A stretch of DNA of 64,000 nucleotides from Flavobacteriales bacterium (GTDB lineage Bacteria > Bacteroidota > Bacteroidia > Palsa-965), in contig JBEIPA010000017.1 in NCBI GenBank assembly GCA_040377305.1, positions 49,561 through 113,560 on the forward strand, in the 5' to 3' direction. Shown piece after piece: positions 39,828 to 50,552 of this stretch (positions are counted from its first letter, which is position 1; each line of letters opens with the position of its first letter). The notes below the pieces were generated by a model, which did not search any database, was not told where the DNA came from, and saw only the letters and a list, made by a program, of their open reading frames with translations. The translations under genes were made by a program, and so were the position numbers.

Positions 39828-41171
39828 ATGGATATTACAAAAGAATCAATCGACGAGTTAAATGCGGTTGTGAAACTGAAAGTTACGCCTGCTGATTACA
39901 CAGACAAGGTGGAGAATGCATTGAAGTCTTACCAGAAGAAAGTGAGCATGCCTGGATTCCGTCCTGGAAAAGTTCCTGCTTCGCTCGTGCGTAAGATGTA
40001 CGGCAAATCTGTTCTCGCTGAAGAGCTCAACAGAATTCTATCCGATTCACTTTACAATTACATCAAAGAAAATAATCTCGAAGTACTCGGCAATCCACTT
40101 CCTAAACCGGAGAACGATAACGTAGACATCGAGAACGCGAAAGAATTTGAATTTTCTTTCGACATGGCACTCGCACCACAGTTCAGCCTGAACCTCGACG
40201 AGAAAACAACCTTCACTGAAATGCAGGTTGCTGCCGATGAGAAAATCATCAACGAATACGTGAGCGATATCACACGTCGTTACGGACAAATTGTTCCTGC
40301 TGAAGTTTCTTCAGAAGGCGATTTGCTTTACGGTGAATTTGTTGAGTTGAATGATGCTGGTGAGATAGTTCCGGGAGGAATTTTCAAATCATCGTCTATG
40401 TTCCTCGACAAGCCTGTGAAAGAAAACCACACCCTTCTTGTTGGTTTGAAAGCAGACGACAAAGTTGACCTGGATCCTATTCAGGTTTCAGACAACGTGA
40501 ACGATCGCGCACAGAAACTTGGAATCACTCCGGAACAGGCTGAAGCATGGAACAACAAATTCCGTTTCACTGTGAAGAGCATCAACACGCTTATTCCTGC
40601 TGAACTCACGCAGGATTTGTTTGACAAAGTTTACGGACCCGGAAACGTTACCAACGAAGCTGAATTCCGCACTCGCATTGCGCAGGAACTTGAGAAAATG
40701 TTCTCACGCGACACCGAAGAGCGTTTACGCAGCGACATTGTGAATACACTTCTTGGTAAAACAAATTTGTCGTTGCCTGATACTTTCCTCAAGCGTTGGC
40801 TCGTAGCTGCGAATGAAAAGCCGGTAACCATGGAACAGGTTGAAGCGGAATACCCGATGTATGCGCGTCAATTGCGCTGGCAGCTTATCGAAAACAAGCT
40901 CATCAAAGACAATAATCTCACAGTGACTCCCGACGAAGCAAAAGAGCACGTGAAAGAAATTCTGAAGGACAACTTCCGCAAGTATGGCAGAAACCCCGAC
41001 GAAGTGTCTGAGAACGAGTTGAACGATACCGCTGCTCGTGTGTTGGGCAAAGAAGATGAAGCGAAGAAGATTTTTGAGAATTTATACGCTCAGAAACTCA
41101 TGACGCTGTATCGTACGAAGTTTAACATCGGAACGAAGAAAGTTTCTTACGAAGAATTCATCAAAGGCTGA
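39828..41171 (+). CDS. tig: Trigger factor
   Basis: Ribosome-binding signature MPGFRPGKVP. tig-clpP-clpX gene order. Confidence 0.95.
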   Translation: MDITKESIDELNAVVKLKVTPADYTDKVENALKSYQKKVSMPGFRPGKVPASLVRKMYGKSVLAEELNRILSDSLYNYIKENNLEVLGNPLPKPENDNVDIENAKEFEFSFDMALAPQFSLNLDEKTTFTEMQVAADEKIINEYVSDITRRYGQIVPAEVSSEGDLLYGEFVELNDAGEIVPGGIFKSSSMFLDKPVKENHTLLVGLKADDKVDLDPIQVSDNVNDRAQKLGITPEQAEAWNNKFRFTVKSINTLIPAELTQDLFDKVYGPGNVTNEAEFRTRIAQELEKMFSRDTEERLRSDIVNTLLGKTNLSLPDTFLKRWLVAANEKPVTMEQVEAEYPMYARQLRWQLIENKLIKDNNLTVTPDEAKEHVKEILKDNFRKYGRNPDEVSENELNDTAARVLGKEDEAKKIFENLYAQKLMTLYRTKFNIGTKKVSYEEFIKG

Positions 41172-41240
41172 CCAATTGTCAGTGAATAATCGCTGGCACT
41201 GAAGTTGACCCAACCAAAGCATAACCGTAATTTCTAAACT

Positions 41241-41921
41241 ATGTTTGACAACAACGAATTCCGCAAATACGCAACAAAACATGCTGGCATCAACAGCATG
41301 GTTTACGATCAGTATACTTCAATGTATGGTGTTCGCAACATGACCCCACAGATTGTGGAAGATCGCCCTGTACAGGGAACAGTGATGTCGGTGTTTGACC
41401 GACTCATGATTGATCGTATTATTTTCCTGGGAACTGGAATCAACGATCAGATCGCGAACATCGTTCAGGCTCAGTTATTGTTTCTTGAATCTGCTGACTC
41501 GAAAAAAGACATTCAGATTTATGTAAACTCTCCGGGCGGATCTGTTTACGCAGGTCTTGGAATCTATGACACCATGCAGTTGATTCAGCCCGACGTTGCA
41601 ACGATCTGCACAGGAATGGCCGCTTCAATGGGTGCAGTTCTTCAGTGCGCAGGTACAAAAGGAAAACGCACAGCGCTTCCGCATGCACGCGTAATGATTC
41701 ACCAGCCACTTGGTGGTGCAGAAGGTCAGGCTTCAGATATCGAAATCACAGCACGTGAAATTCAGAAGCTGAAGAAGGAACTTTACGAGATTATCGCAAA
41801 TCACTCCGGACAAACCTTTGACAAAGTGTGGGCAGATAGCGATCGTGACTACTGGATGACCGCTGCAGAAGCGAAAGAATACGGCATGATTGACGAAATT
41901 TTGGAGCGTCGCATTAAATAA
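41241..41921 (+). CDS. clpP: ATP-dependent Clp protease proteolytic subunit
   Basis: DRIIFLG, NSPGGSV, AASMGA, MIHQP, DRDYWM. Confidence 0.98.
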   Translation: MFDNNEFRKYATKHAGINSMVYDQYTSMYGVRNMTPQIVEDRPVQGTVMSVFDRLMIDRIIFLGTGINDQIANIVQAQLLFLESADSKKDIQIYVNSPGGSVYAGLGIYDTMQLIQPDVATICTGMAASMGAVLQCAGTKGKRTALPHARVMIHQPLGGAEGQASDIEITAREIQKLKKELYEIIANHSGQTFDKVWADSDRDYWMTAAEAKEYGMIDEILERRIK

Positions 41922-42033
41922 CAGTTTTCCACACTGTGGAGGACAAGGTAATTTGTAACTTAGAGTATAAGGAAACAGTCTAAGAATAGAAGTCAGGTGT
42001 TAAAGCCTGACTTCATCTTTAAACAAAAACAAA

Positions 42034-43281
42034 ATGGCCGGGAAGGAAACAAACATTCATTGCTCGTTTTGCGGGAGAGATAAGCAGGACACATTAGTCC
42101 TGATAGCGGGGATACAGGGCCACATTTGTGATCAGTGTATACAACAGGCATATCGAATTGTGAAGGAGGAACAGGACGCGAAGAAGAATCAGGCGATATC
42201 TTCAGCGCTTACACTGTTAAAGCCACAGGAAATTAAAAAGTCGCTCGACGAGTATGTGATCGGGCAAGACACTGCGAAGAAAGTTCTTTCGGTTGCAGTT
42301 TACAATCACTACAAACGTATTGCGCAGAAGCCTTCGAAGAAGAACGTAGAGGAAATTGAGATTGAGAAATCCAATATCATTCTCGTTGGAGAAACAGGTA
42401 CAGGAAAAACTTTATTGGCGCGCACAATCGCGAAGCTGCTGAATGTTCCTTTCTGTATTGCTGATGCAACGGTTCTAACCGAAGCAGGATATGTTGGAGA
42501 AGACGTGGAGAGCATTCTCGTTCGTCTCTTACAGGCTGCTGACTATGACGTAAACGCTGCAGAGCGCGGAATCGTTTTCATCGACGAGCTTGACAAGATC
42601 GCACGCAAGAGCGACAATCCGTCTATCACACGTGACGTATCCGGTGAAGGTGTACAACAGGCACTTTTGAAATTGCTTGAAGGAAGTGTTGTAAACGTTC
42701 CACCGCAAGGCGGACGTAAGCATCCGGAACAGAAAATGATCCAGGTGAACACACGCAACATTCTTTTCATCTGCGGTGGTGCATTCGACGGCATTGATAA
42801 GAAAATTGCACGTCGTATGAAATCGCAAACGATGGGTTACACGGCAAGTGTTGAGGATACACACGTTGACAAGAACAACTTGTTGCAGTACATCGTTCCC
42901 CAGGATTTGAAATCATTCGGATTGATTCCGGAATTGATCGGACGATTGCCAGTACTTACTCACCTCGATCCGCTCGACAAAGAAACATTACGCAGCATCC
43001 TAACGGAGCCGAAGAACGCACTCATGAAACAGTACGTTCGCTTGTTCGAAATGGATAACGTGAAGTTGACATTCGACGCTGAAGTATACGACACCATTGT
43101 AGACAAAGCAATGGAGTACAAACTCGGCGCTCGCGGATTGCGTTCTATCTGCGAAGCCATCATGGTCGATGCCATGTTTGAGATTCCTTCCGACAATGCG
43201 CTGAAGAAACTCAACATCACGCTCGACTATGCAACAGAGAAACTGAATAAGGCGAAGATTGAGAAACTGAGAGTGGCATAG
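42034..43281 (+). CDS. clpX: ATP-dependent Clp protease ATP-binding subunit
   Basis: C4 zinc finger CSFC...ICDQC, Walker [28 protein letters not shown]. Confidence 0.98.
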   Translation: MAGKETNIHCSFCGRDKQDTLVLIAGIQGHICDQCIQQAYRIVKEEQDAKKNQAISSALTLLKPQEIKKSLDEYVIGQDTAKKVLSVAVYNHYKRIAQKPSKKNVEEIEIEKSNIILVGETGTGKTLLARTIAKLLNVPFCIADATVLTEAGYVGEDVESILVRLLQAADYDVNAAERGIVFIDELDKIARKSDNPSITRDVSGEGVQQALLKLLEGSVVNVPPQGGRKHPEQKMIQVNTRNILFICGGAFDGIDKKIARRMKSQTMGYTASVEDTHVDKNNLLQYIVPQDLKSFGLIPELIGRLPVLTHLDPLDKETLRSILTEPKNALMKQYVRLFEMDNVKLTFDAEVYDTIVDKAMEYKLGARGLRSICEAIMVDAMFEIPSDNALKKLNITLDYATEKLNKAKIEKLRVA

Positions 43282-43303
43282 AGATTAACCACCAGAAACA
43301 CGT

Positions 43304-43335
43304 AGAGCACGGACATTCATCTGTGCTCTTTTTTT
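43304..43335 (+). terminator. Intrinsic terminator after clpX
   Basis: AGAGCACGGA/TCTGTGCTCT stem with a T tract. Confidence 0.85.
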
Positions 43336-43529
43336 ATTCGTCAACATCTTAGCGGTCCTTTGCGGCTTGGCGCCTTTGTAGTTGCTGACCATGAAGATTT
43401 AGGTCTCACGACAAAGCCGAAATCCCGGTCCTCATATCCATGTGTTGATAGGGGAAAGCTGAGAAATTAGTTATTCACATATAATGTATCTATTCACTTT
43501 TTCTTTATACTTGTATAAAATACTGTGAA

Positions 43530-43733
43530 ATGGCAAGAATCGTAGTAAACGTGCCCGATGAAAAACTCGCAGAGTTCAATCAGGCCATGAGCAAACTGGG
43601 CTTTCAACCCAAGGAAGAAGATTTCGTTGTGCCGGAGTGGCATAAGGAGATTGTGCGGGAAAGTATCCGGAACACAAAAGAGGAAGACTACATCCCTTTC
43701 GAAGAGATCAAAAAGAAATACGGAATCAAGTGA
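43530..43733 (+). CDS. Addiction-module antitoxin
   Basis: 67 aa, VPEWHKEIV...IPFEEIKKK pattern. 4-bp overlap with the toxin gene. Confidence 0.75.
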   Translation: MARIVVNVPDEKLAEFNQAMSKLGFQPKEEDFVVPEWHKEIVRESIRNTKEEDYIPFEEIKKKYGIK

Positions 43734-44104
43734 TGGAATTTATAATTGAGTTTAGCCCTTCGGCAGATTCATGCATGGAGGAACAGCAAGAATATTATAA
43801 CAATCTCGTTCCTGGCTTAGGCGACAAATTTGTCAGGCGAGTCATTGAACACGGCAACGCGCTCGCTAAATTCCCAAAGATGCAATTGAGATATGAAGGT
43901 ATACGTTGCATTCCGCTGAATGGATTTCCATTCATGATTCACTTCTCCGTTTTGGAAGACAGAAATCTTGTACGGATACACGAAGTAATTCACACCTCAC
44001 GAAATCCTTCAGAAAACTGGAACAAGAATGATTGGATGGTTAGTGAACCGTTCCCAGCCTATGGAGTTCACGCGTATGATCTGGAGTATTATTATGCGGC
44101 GTAA
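43730..44104 (+). CDS. RelE/ParE family toxin with a C-terminal extension
   Basis: YY....GLGDKF, L..FPFMIHF, V.HTSRNP..W. Confidence 0.85.
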   Translation: MMEFIIEFSPSADSCMEEQQEYYNNLVPGLGDKFVRRVIEHGNALAKFPKMQLRYEGIRCIPLNGFPFMIHFSVLEDRNLVRIHEVIHTSRNPSENWNKNDWMVSEPFPAYGVHAYDLEYYYAA

Positions 44105-44146
44105 AAATCCGCGTACATCCGCTTGATCCGCTCGATCCGCGTCCTA

Positions 44147-44653
44147 TTAAGCCTTGATTCTCTCATACCTGATAAATGTAAAATCATACGCATGCTTCTC
44201 ATCCGCCTTATGCTCTTCTCTCCACGTTTCCTTCCACACTTGCGGATCAATCACCGGAAAAAATGTATCAGCAATAAATGAGTGATGTACTTTGGTATAA
44301 AGAATCTCATCGGTAATCTTCAATGTCTGCTTGTAGATTTCCCCGCCACCAATAATGCACAAACGCTCTTCTCCCCTACTCTTCGCGTATTCAATTGCTT
44401 CTTCAACACTCGCAACAACAACTGCACCCGGCGCGACATAATCTTTCTGTCGTGTGATCACAATGTTCGTACGTTCAGGCAGCGGACGGAATTTATCGGG
44501 AATGGACTCGTAGTTCTTTCTTCCCGTCACGATACAATGTCCCACCGTCTGATCCTTGAAGAACTTCATGTCATTCGGCAAACGCCACAGAAGACGATTG
44601 TCTTTCCCAATGGCATTGTTCTCAGCAACAGCGACTACAGCAACTATTTTCAT
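44147..44653 (-). CDS. folA: Dihydrofolate reductase
   Basis: AIGKDN.L.W.LP.DMKFFK, GRK, RPLP.RTNIV, IIGGGEIY, DTFFP. Confidence 0.97.
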   Translation of the reverse strand: MKIVAVVAVAENNAIGKDNRLLWRLPNDMKFFKDQTVGHCIVTGRKNYESIPDKFRPLPERTNIVITRQKDYVAPGAVVVASVEEAIEYAKSRGEERLCIIGGGEIYKQTLKITDEILYTKVHHSFIADTFFPVIDPQVWKETWREEHKADEKHAYDFTFIRYERIKA

Positions 44654-44741
44654 AATCTCACTAACAATTAATGTTTATCTAGCGGCTAACACTAACGGCA
44701 TCTGCACATTTGCATATCTGCAGATCGACCGCGGTGATGTT

Positions 44742-45536
44742 TTATACCGCGACTGCCGCCTTAATATGCGGATGCGGATCATAACCCTCGAGCACAAAAT
44801 CCTCATACTTGAAATCAAAAATACTCTTCACCGCCGGATTAATCTTCATCGTTGGCAATGCACGAAAATCCCGCGACAGCTGCAGCTTCGTCTGCTCGAT
44901 GTGATTCGAATACAAATGCGCATCTCCCAACGTGTGAACAAAATCTCCCGGCTTGAGATCACAAACCTGTGCAATCATCATCGTCAGCAATGCATACGAT
45001 GCAATGTTGAACGGCACGCCGAGAAAAATATCCGCGCTGCGCTGGTACAACTGACAGCTCAGTTTTCCATCAGCAACATAAAACTGAAAGAACGCATGAC
45101 ACGGTGGCAATTTCATCTTGTCAATTTCCCCAACATTCCATGCACTCACAATCATGCGGCGTGAATCCGGATTCTTCTTGATCTGATCAATCACTTGCGT
45201 AATCTGATCAATGTGTCTTCCGTCTGCAGTCGGCCATGAGCGCCATTGTGATCCATACACAGGACCGAGATTTCCGTTTTCGTCTGCCCATTCATCCCAG
45301 ATGCTCACACCATTCTCTTTCAGATAAGCGATGTTTGTTTCACCTTTCAGAAACCACAGCAATTCGTGAATGATAGAACGCGTGTGTACTTTCTTCGTGG
45401 TCAGAATCGGGAAACCTTCTTCGAGATTAAATCGCATCTGGTAACCAAAAACAGAAATAGTTCCTGTTCCTGTGCGGTCTGTTTTTGTTGCGCCGTGCTC
45501 GAGCACGTGACGCATGAGGTCGTGGTATTGTTTCAT
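44742..45536 (-). CDS. thyA: Thymidylate synthase
   Basis: DRTGTGT, GPVYG.QWR, LPPCH, YQRSAD.FLGVPFN. Confidence 0.98.
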   Translation of the reverse strand: MKQYHDLMRHVLEHGATKTDRTGTGTISVFGYQMRFNLEEGFPILTTKKVHTRSIIHELLWFLKGETNIAYLKENGVSIWDEWADENGNLGPVYGSQWRSWPTADGRHIDQITQVIDQIKKNPDSRRMIVSAWNVGEIDKMKLPPCHAFFQFYVADGKLSCQLYQRSADIFLGVPFNIASYALLTMMIAQVCDLKPGDFVHTLGDAHLYSNHIEQTKLQLSRDFRALPTMKINPAVKSIFDFKYEDFVLEGYDPHPHIKAAVAV

Positions 45537-45538
45537 TG

Positions 45539-46612
45539 TTATTCTACGAATAATTTTTTCTGAATGGATTCTTCAACCGATTGGTAGATGTTCTTTTGAA
45601 TAACGGTCATACGAATCATCATTTCCATAGCCGTGATGTGGTAAAAATTGTCTTTAACCCACTGGTCTTTATATTCAGGTGTATCGCCAATCGGAATTGC
45701 GAATTTAATATCCGGATGCAGCTTAATGTTACGATATACTGCAAGATAGCCGTATAGAATAATGCCCTTCCCATTTGGTACTGCAGGATTTTCACCAACC
45801 ATCATTAAGGTTGAAACATCAACATCATTCGGATTATCTACCCGATAAGCCTTCTCAGTACCGTCGCAGTAGTAATTGTCATTGAGCCTCGACAAGAATC
45901 CACATTTCAATTCTTCGATGTTCGAAACAACCTCCAACGCATCGGTAAAATATTCTGTCGCTGCAGAATCAATGTCGTGGTTCATTGAATCTGAATGAAA
46001 CTCAACTATCATACTATCCACACGATTTTTCAGTATTACATAATCAGAAAGTTCTTGCGTGAAGATTCCGGACTTGTCTTCTATCTCGCTTGTCTTTTCC
46101 TTTGCTGACCAACAACCCACACCCAGTGAAGCAACCACCAACAATGCAAGCACAGAGAAATTCGAAATACTTCTTGTTTTAACGTCAGGTTTTCGAAAGT
46201 TTGCGAGGAAAATGATCAGGAATACAACTTGCCCCGCTGCACCGACGTAAATCATATTCATTTCACCGGGCCAACGCTGAACACAGAATAACAAACCAAC
46301 CTGCAAGACAGCAAAACTAAATCCGCAAAGTTTTATTGCAAACTGCATCGCCTTCTCTGTTTCCACTTTACTAAGAGAAAACAGATACAGAGGCATCGCA
46401 GCAACAGAAAAAAGCGTTGTGAACAGAACCAACAGAATTCCTCCACCAGGCAAGCTATTCAGTTTGAGAACTGCGCCAGCTAAGGAGAATACCGCACAAA
46501 TAGTTCCGAGAATGTAGGCCGCTTTACGCACGATTTCAGAGTGAAATTTACCCTCAAATTTACCACCCTTCCGAATGGAGAAATCGTAGGTTTCAGAGGG
46601 CTTTTCAGCCAT
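45539..46612 (-). CDS. Membrane protein with GldL-like TM hairpins and a GldM N-terminal-like periplasmic domain
   Basis: [12 protein letters not shown] and [10 protein letters not shown] resemble the GldL GA.FK..HWPG motif. MMVGENP..P.GKG and W...NFYH......MT.IQKNI resemble the GldM helical domain. Confidence 0.6.
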   Translation of the reverse strand: MAEKPSETYDFSIRKGGKFEGKFHSEIVRKAAYILGTICAVFSLAGAVLKLNSLPGGGILLVLFTTLFSVAAMPLYLFSLSKVETEKAMQFAIKLCGFSFAVLQVGLLFCVQRWPGEMNMIYVGAAGQVVFLIIFLANFRKPDVKTRSISNFSVLALLVVASLGVGCWSAKEKTSEIEDKSGIFTQELSDYVILKNRVDSMIVEFHSDSMNHDIDSAATEYFTDALEVVSNIEELKCGFLSRLNDNYYCDGTEKAYRVDNPNDVDVSTLMMVGENPAVPNGKGIILYGYLAVYRNIKLHPDIKFAIPIGDTPEYKDQWVKDNFYHITAMEMMIRMTVIQKNIYQSVEESIQKKLFVE

Positions 46613-46656
46613 TTATTAACCGAAAACAGCGCGAATTATCAATGAAAATCAGGCTT

Positions 46657-48687
46657 TTACTTCGTGCCGTTCACTTTGACCGTGAAGTAACCAGGAAGTA
46701 CCGTACGTGGCTCACCAAAAGGAGTGTCACTGCTGGTGCTATACTGCTTGTGCGCAAAAGTCAACGCATTCACGTGCTTGTACATCTGTCCTGAATGCGG
46801 ATTGTAGTACCAGTCTTCATCAAATCTGATTTCGTTGAAGAGATAATACTCTCTGCCTTTATCGGGATGAGTGTTCGATGCTGCTGCGCATGAATCAATC
46901 AGGTGCTGAAATGTTGCCACTGACAATGGTTGCGGATTTGCGCTTGTCGACCACGCTTTAATTTTTCCTGCGCGAATATTATCAATCACCTGCTGCACCA
47001 TTTGGTAACGCGCTTCGTTCTCAATCTGCTCTTCGTACGTTGCGCCATAACTTACAATGGGCTGACCACTGTTTCCTTCTTCAGGATAATATTCACAATA
47101 ATTGAGCAAGCATGGGGTAATCACATTTTTCGCAATGAGATACTTCGGCTGAAAAACAGAATCGATTGGATTGTTCGGATTATCGTAACGCGTCCACGGT
47201 TGAGCGGCTCTGAATTCCTGCCATGCGTTCATTACATACATCAGAACTCCGATTGTCTTTATGTCTTTCTCAAAACGCATCGTTGAAGGATCAAACTTCC
47301 AACGCTCCGAAAAACCAAAACCGCAGTAATACTCATGACCAAGATCCGTTGCGACAGGAGCCTCAACATAATCGCCATGTGTTGGATCTTCAACCATTAC
47401 AATTTGCGTGTCGACATACAGATCGAAAATCTCCGCAGCTGTCAAAGGCACACGACGTTTGTCGAGCGGATCATTGTATTCCCACGCCACTTCCCTGTTG
47501 TAGGAAGGAACTTTGCCATCACGCATCAGCATTCCTGCATGGACTGCAAGTTTGCTCAATGCAATGGAATCCTTTTGCAGAAACGTCGGGTAATTTCCGT
47601 CCGGCAGATTATAAAATGCGGTATTCGAATAATAATTCTCAATCGTTACTGCTCCATTCGCGGTGAATCCCGGAACAGAGCCATTCAGTGGCATATACGT
47701 CGACCATGAAAACAAATTGCCCCACACGATTCCATTCGCATCCGGTGGTTTTGGTCCGAGATTCTTTCCGAAGTAAACTCCCTTCACTGTTTTCGAGAAT
47801 GTCATTTGTGTAAGATCGGCCGACCATGTTTCACGGAAACGAAGTGTATTCGCCTGCAGGTTTTCATTACCCGCTGCGGTTCTCTTCTTTTTGTCTTTGA
47901 TCAATGCAAAAGGTGAAATGGGCTCAAACAACGAATGCGTTACGTTCTGACTTTCGGAAGCAAGTGAACCCAACAATTTATTCCGCATATCTGCAACATC
48001 GGGTGAACTATACGAACTTCTGTATACGAATTTGTTCTCATCCCCGTAATCCAGCAGTTGCATGCTGTCTGCAACAAAATTGTAACTGATGTTTGCAGAA
48101 AAATCCTTTTGCTTCACCTCACCGTTTGTGAATGGAATATATCCGAGTGGCAGAAGTCGCACACTATAAGTTTCTCCGTTCATGAAGTAACCATAATCAA
48201 GAATCGGTATAATTCCTTTCACTTTTTTGTCCAGGGTGAGTGTGGCCGGATCATAAAACCATTCTTCGTGAAACAGAACAGCTATAACGTGTTCGGGTCT
48301 TTTCAATTCCATGACCTGAAGTGTAAGGAGGTCCATCGTCACCGGATCTTCCACTTCAATTTCCAGTGGAATTGAGATTGCAGCGATTGCATCATCCTGA
48401 CTCAACTTTTCGGAGAAAGGATAAGTTGGTGCGTAAACATCAATTTCCTTATTCCTGATTTTTTCAAACAACACACCAAAGAGTGAATCATTTGCCATCG
48501 GAGTGATGTAATCTCCGGTCCAGTCCTTCTGCAGTTCTTCCGGTCCGATTTGCTTTCTCAGTTGCACTGCATAAACCACTTCGCCCAGTGAAACCGGTGC
48601 TGGAAAGTTCGCAACGTCTGTAGATATTTCGAACGATTGCAAAGCGAAAGTGGCGACCAGAATCGCCGGAACAAGAAGCTTTCTCAT
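46657..48687 (-). CDS. Exported protein with four GldN-like motifs
   Basis: Signal peptide. HEEWFYDP....DKKVKGIIP and three related copies resemble GldN E.W.FD......I.GI.P. Confidence 0.6.
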   Translation of the reverse strand: MRKLLVPAILVATFALQSFEISTDVANFPAPVSLGEVVYAVQLRKQIGPEELQKDWTGDYITPMANDSLFGVLFEKIRNKEIDVYAPTYPFSEKLSQDDAIAAISIPLEIEVEDPVTMDLLTLQVMELKRPEHVIAVLFHEEWFYDPATLTLDKKVKGIIPILDYGYFMNGETYSVRLLPLGYIPFTNGEVKQKDFSANISYNFVADSMQLLDYGDENKFVYRSSYSSPDVADMRNKLLGSLASESQNVTHSLFEPISPFALIKDKKKRTAAGNENLQANTLRFRETWSADLTQMTFSKTVKGVYFGKNLGPKPPDANGIVWGNLFSWSTYMPLNGSVPGFTANGAVTIENYYSNTAFYNLPDGNYPTFLQKDSIALSKLAVHAGMLMRDGKVPSYNREVAWEYNDPLDKRRVPLTAAEIFDLYVDTQIVMVEDPTHGDYVEAPVATDLGHEYYCGFGFSERWKFDPSTMRFEKDIKTIGVLMYVMNAWQEFRAAQPWTRYDNPNNPIDSVFQPKYLIAKNVITPCLLNYCEYYPEEGNSGQPIVSYGATYEEQIENEARYQMVQQVIDNIRAGKIKAWSTSANPQPLSVATFQHLIDSCAAASNTHPDKGREYYLFNEIRFDEDWYYNPHSGQMYKHVNALTFAHKQYSTSSDTPFGEPRTVLPGYFTVKVNGTK

Positions 48688-48695
48688 TTTAAAAA

Positions 48696-49019
48696 TTAAT
48701 ATCCCGCTGGAGATGATTTTGAAATATTAAAGCTTGGTCCGAATACATTAGAGCCTTTGCTGTAGTATGTTTCATTGTTGCCGGTCTCCGTGTCGTAAAC
48801 GATCACCGACCAGTTGATCTGATCGTTACCAGCCGGTGCTGCACACATCGACATCTGATACTTTCCGATTTTGCTTGTGCCTTCCTCGATAAATTCCAGC
48901 GGAGTTGGTGCTGCGTTTGCGGGTTGAATACTGAAATTAAAAGCAGTAACTGAGAGTACAATGGCAGAAATGCCAAGACAAACTTTCAGGATTCCATTTG
49001 CTGAGATGTTCATGTTCAT
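48696..49019 (-). CDS. Small exported hypothetical protein
   Basis: Hydrophobic N-terminus ending ANA. Start moved to the Met at 49019. Confidence 0.6.
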   Translation of the reverse strand: MNMNISANGILKVCLGISAIVLSVTAFNFSIQPANAAPTPLEFIEEGTSKIGKYQMSMCAAPAGNDQINWSVIVYDTETGNNETYYSKGSNVFGPSFNISKSSPAGY

Positions 49020-49234
49020 AGGTTTTAGAATAAAAAGATAGCGAATTAGGTAATAGGAAATAGAAACAGACCAGTTCATTCAGGACTACATTGCCGGAAA
49101 ATATGTACACATGAGATTTGATTTCGAATCGCAGTCAGGAAGCATGGTGCTGTGACAGCTAATATCTGACCACCAGGCTCACCACTACACCAAGACCGCT
49201 TCTTTGTGTCTTGGTGCTCTTTGTGGTCATTTTT

Positions 49235-50491
49235 TTAGTGGTTGATGGTTGCGATTTTCTCCGGCTCGTGCTTATGTTTAAACATGATCGCGAAGAGAAT
49301 CGCGACAACAGCCGAGTAAGCAGCAAAAGCTAACCATGCATCCTGCCAATTGGTAGATCCATTTGCGTTAACGAAATATTTTCCAATGAGCCAGCTACTG
49401 CCAACAGTTCCGAGGTATGCGCCTACTCCATTCGTCATCATCATGAACAGACCTTGAGCGCTTGAACGAATACGAGGATCGGTTGTAGTTTCCACGAAAA
49501 GTGAACCGGAAATATTGAAGAAGTCAAATGCCATACCGTAAACGATACAGGAAAGAATGATCATCCACAATCCACCCATTGGATCACCGTACGCAAACAA
49601 AGCGAAACGCAGCACCCACGCAATCATTGCGAACAACATCACATTCTTGATGCCGAATTTTTTCAGGAAGAATGGAATGGTGAGAATGAAAGCTGTCTCC
49701 GAAATCTGAGAAATCGACATGATGATGGTCGAGTACTTTACCACCAGTGAATCTTTGTACATCTCCACTTCGCGGAAGCTGTCGAGGTATGCATCACCGT
49801 ACATGTTAGTAAGCTGCAATGCGGCTCCAAGAAACATCGCGAAGATGAAAAACAATGCGGTTTTGTATTGCGCAAACAATTTGAAGGCATTCAGTCCGAG
49901 CATTTCTACGAAGGAAGCATTGGGTCCAATGTTTTTCGCAGGTGGACATTTCGGCAACGAAAAAGAATACAAGCCGAGTACAATTGCCATGATCGCAGCA
50001 ATCACGAACTGACCAGAAGTATCTTTACTGCCTGTAAGGTTCGTCACCCACATGGCTGCAATAAATCCGATTGTTCCCCACACGCGAATGGGAGGAAAAA
50101 CTTTGATGACGTCGTAATTGTTGTTCTTCAATACGGTGTACGAAATGGAATTCGCGAGCGAAATCGTTGGCATGTAACAAATCATCGCCGCGAAAATCAC
50201 ATAGAACAAAGTTCCCGGATCATCTACCTGCGGCACATACAAAAGAATTACTCCATATAGAATGTGAAGCACTCCATACAATCGTTCCGCATTCACCCAA
50301 CGGTCGGCAATGATTCCCGTAATCGCTGGCATGAATAAAGAAGAAAGTGCAAGCGTGGAGAAGATCGCACCGAATTCAGGAAACGACCACCCCTTAGCAT
50401 TTACGCAGTATGTCCCAATTGTAATAAGCCAGGCTCCCCACACAAAGAATTGCAGGAAACTCATTACAGTAAGTCGTAGCTTAAGATTCAT
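49235..50491 (-). CDS. nupG: Nucleoside:H+ symporter (MFS, NupG/XapB family)
   Basis: FLQFFVWGAW, FPPIRVWGTIGFI, SQISE, GMAFDFFNISG. Confidence 0.9.
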   Translation of the reverse strand: MNLKLRLTVMSFLQFFVWGAWLITIGTYCVNAKGWSFPEFGAIFSTLALSSLFMPAITGIIADRWVNAERLYGVLHILYGVILLYVPQVDDPGTLFYVIFAAMICYMPTISLANSISYTVLKNNNYDVIKVFPPIRVWGTIGFIAAMWVTNLTGSKDTSGQFVIAAIMAIVLGLYSFSLPKCPPAKNIGPNASFVEMLGLNAFKLFAQYKTALFFIFAMFLGAALQLTNMYGDAYLDSFREVEMYKDSLVVKYSTIIMSISQISETAFILTIPFFLKKFGIKNVMLFAMIAWVLRFALFAYGDPMGGLWMIILSCIVYGMAFDFFNISGSLFVETTTDPRIRSSAQGLFMMMTNGVGAYLGTVGSSWLIGKYFVNANGSTNWQDAWLAFAAYSAVVAILFAIMFKHKHEPEKIATINH

Positions 50492-50552
50492 CAGCGGTTA
50501 TTATAGATGCACTACCCGGGCTTTGACTGCCTACTGCCCCACTGCTTACTGC

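Noticed and set aside
41989-42014. Hairpin GAAGTCAGG/CCTGACTTC between clpP and clpX as a riboswitch
   Set aside because: A single 9-bp stem with no aptamer features; more likely an mRNA stability or weak termination element.
44282-45164. 129-aa and 202-aa plus-strand ORFs
   Set aside because: Antisense to the highly conserved folA and thyA.
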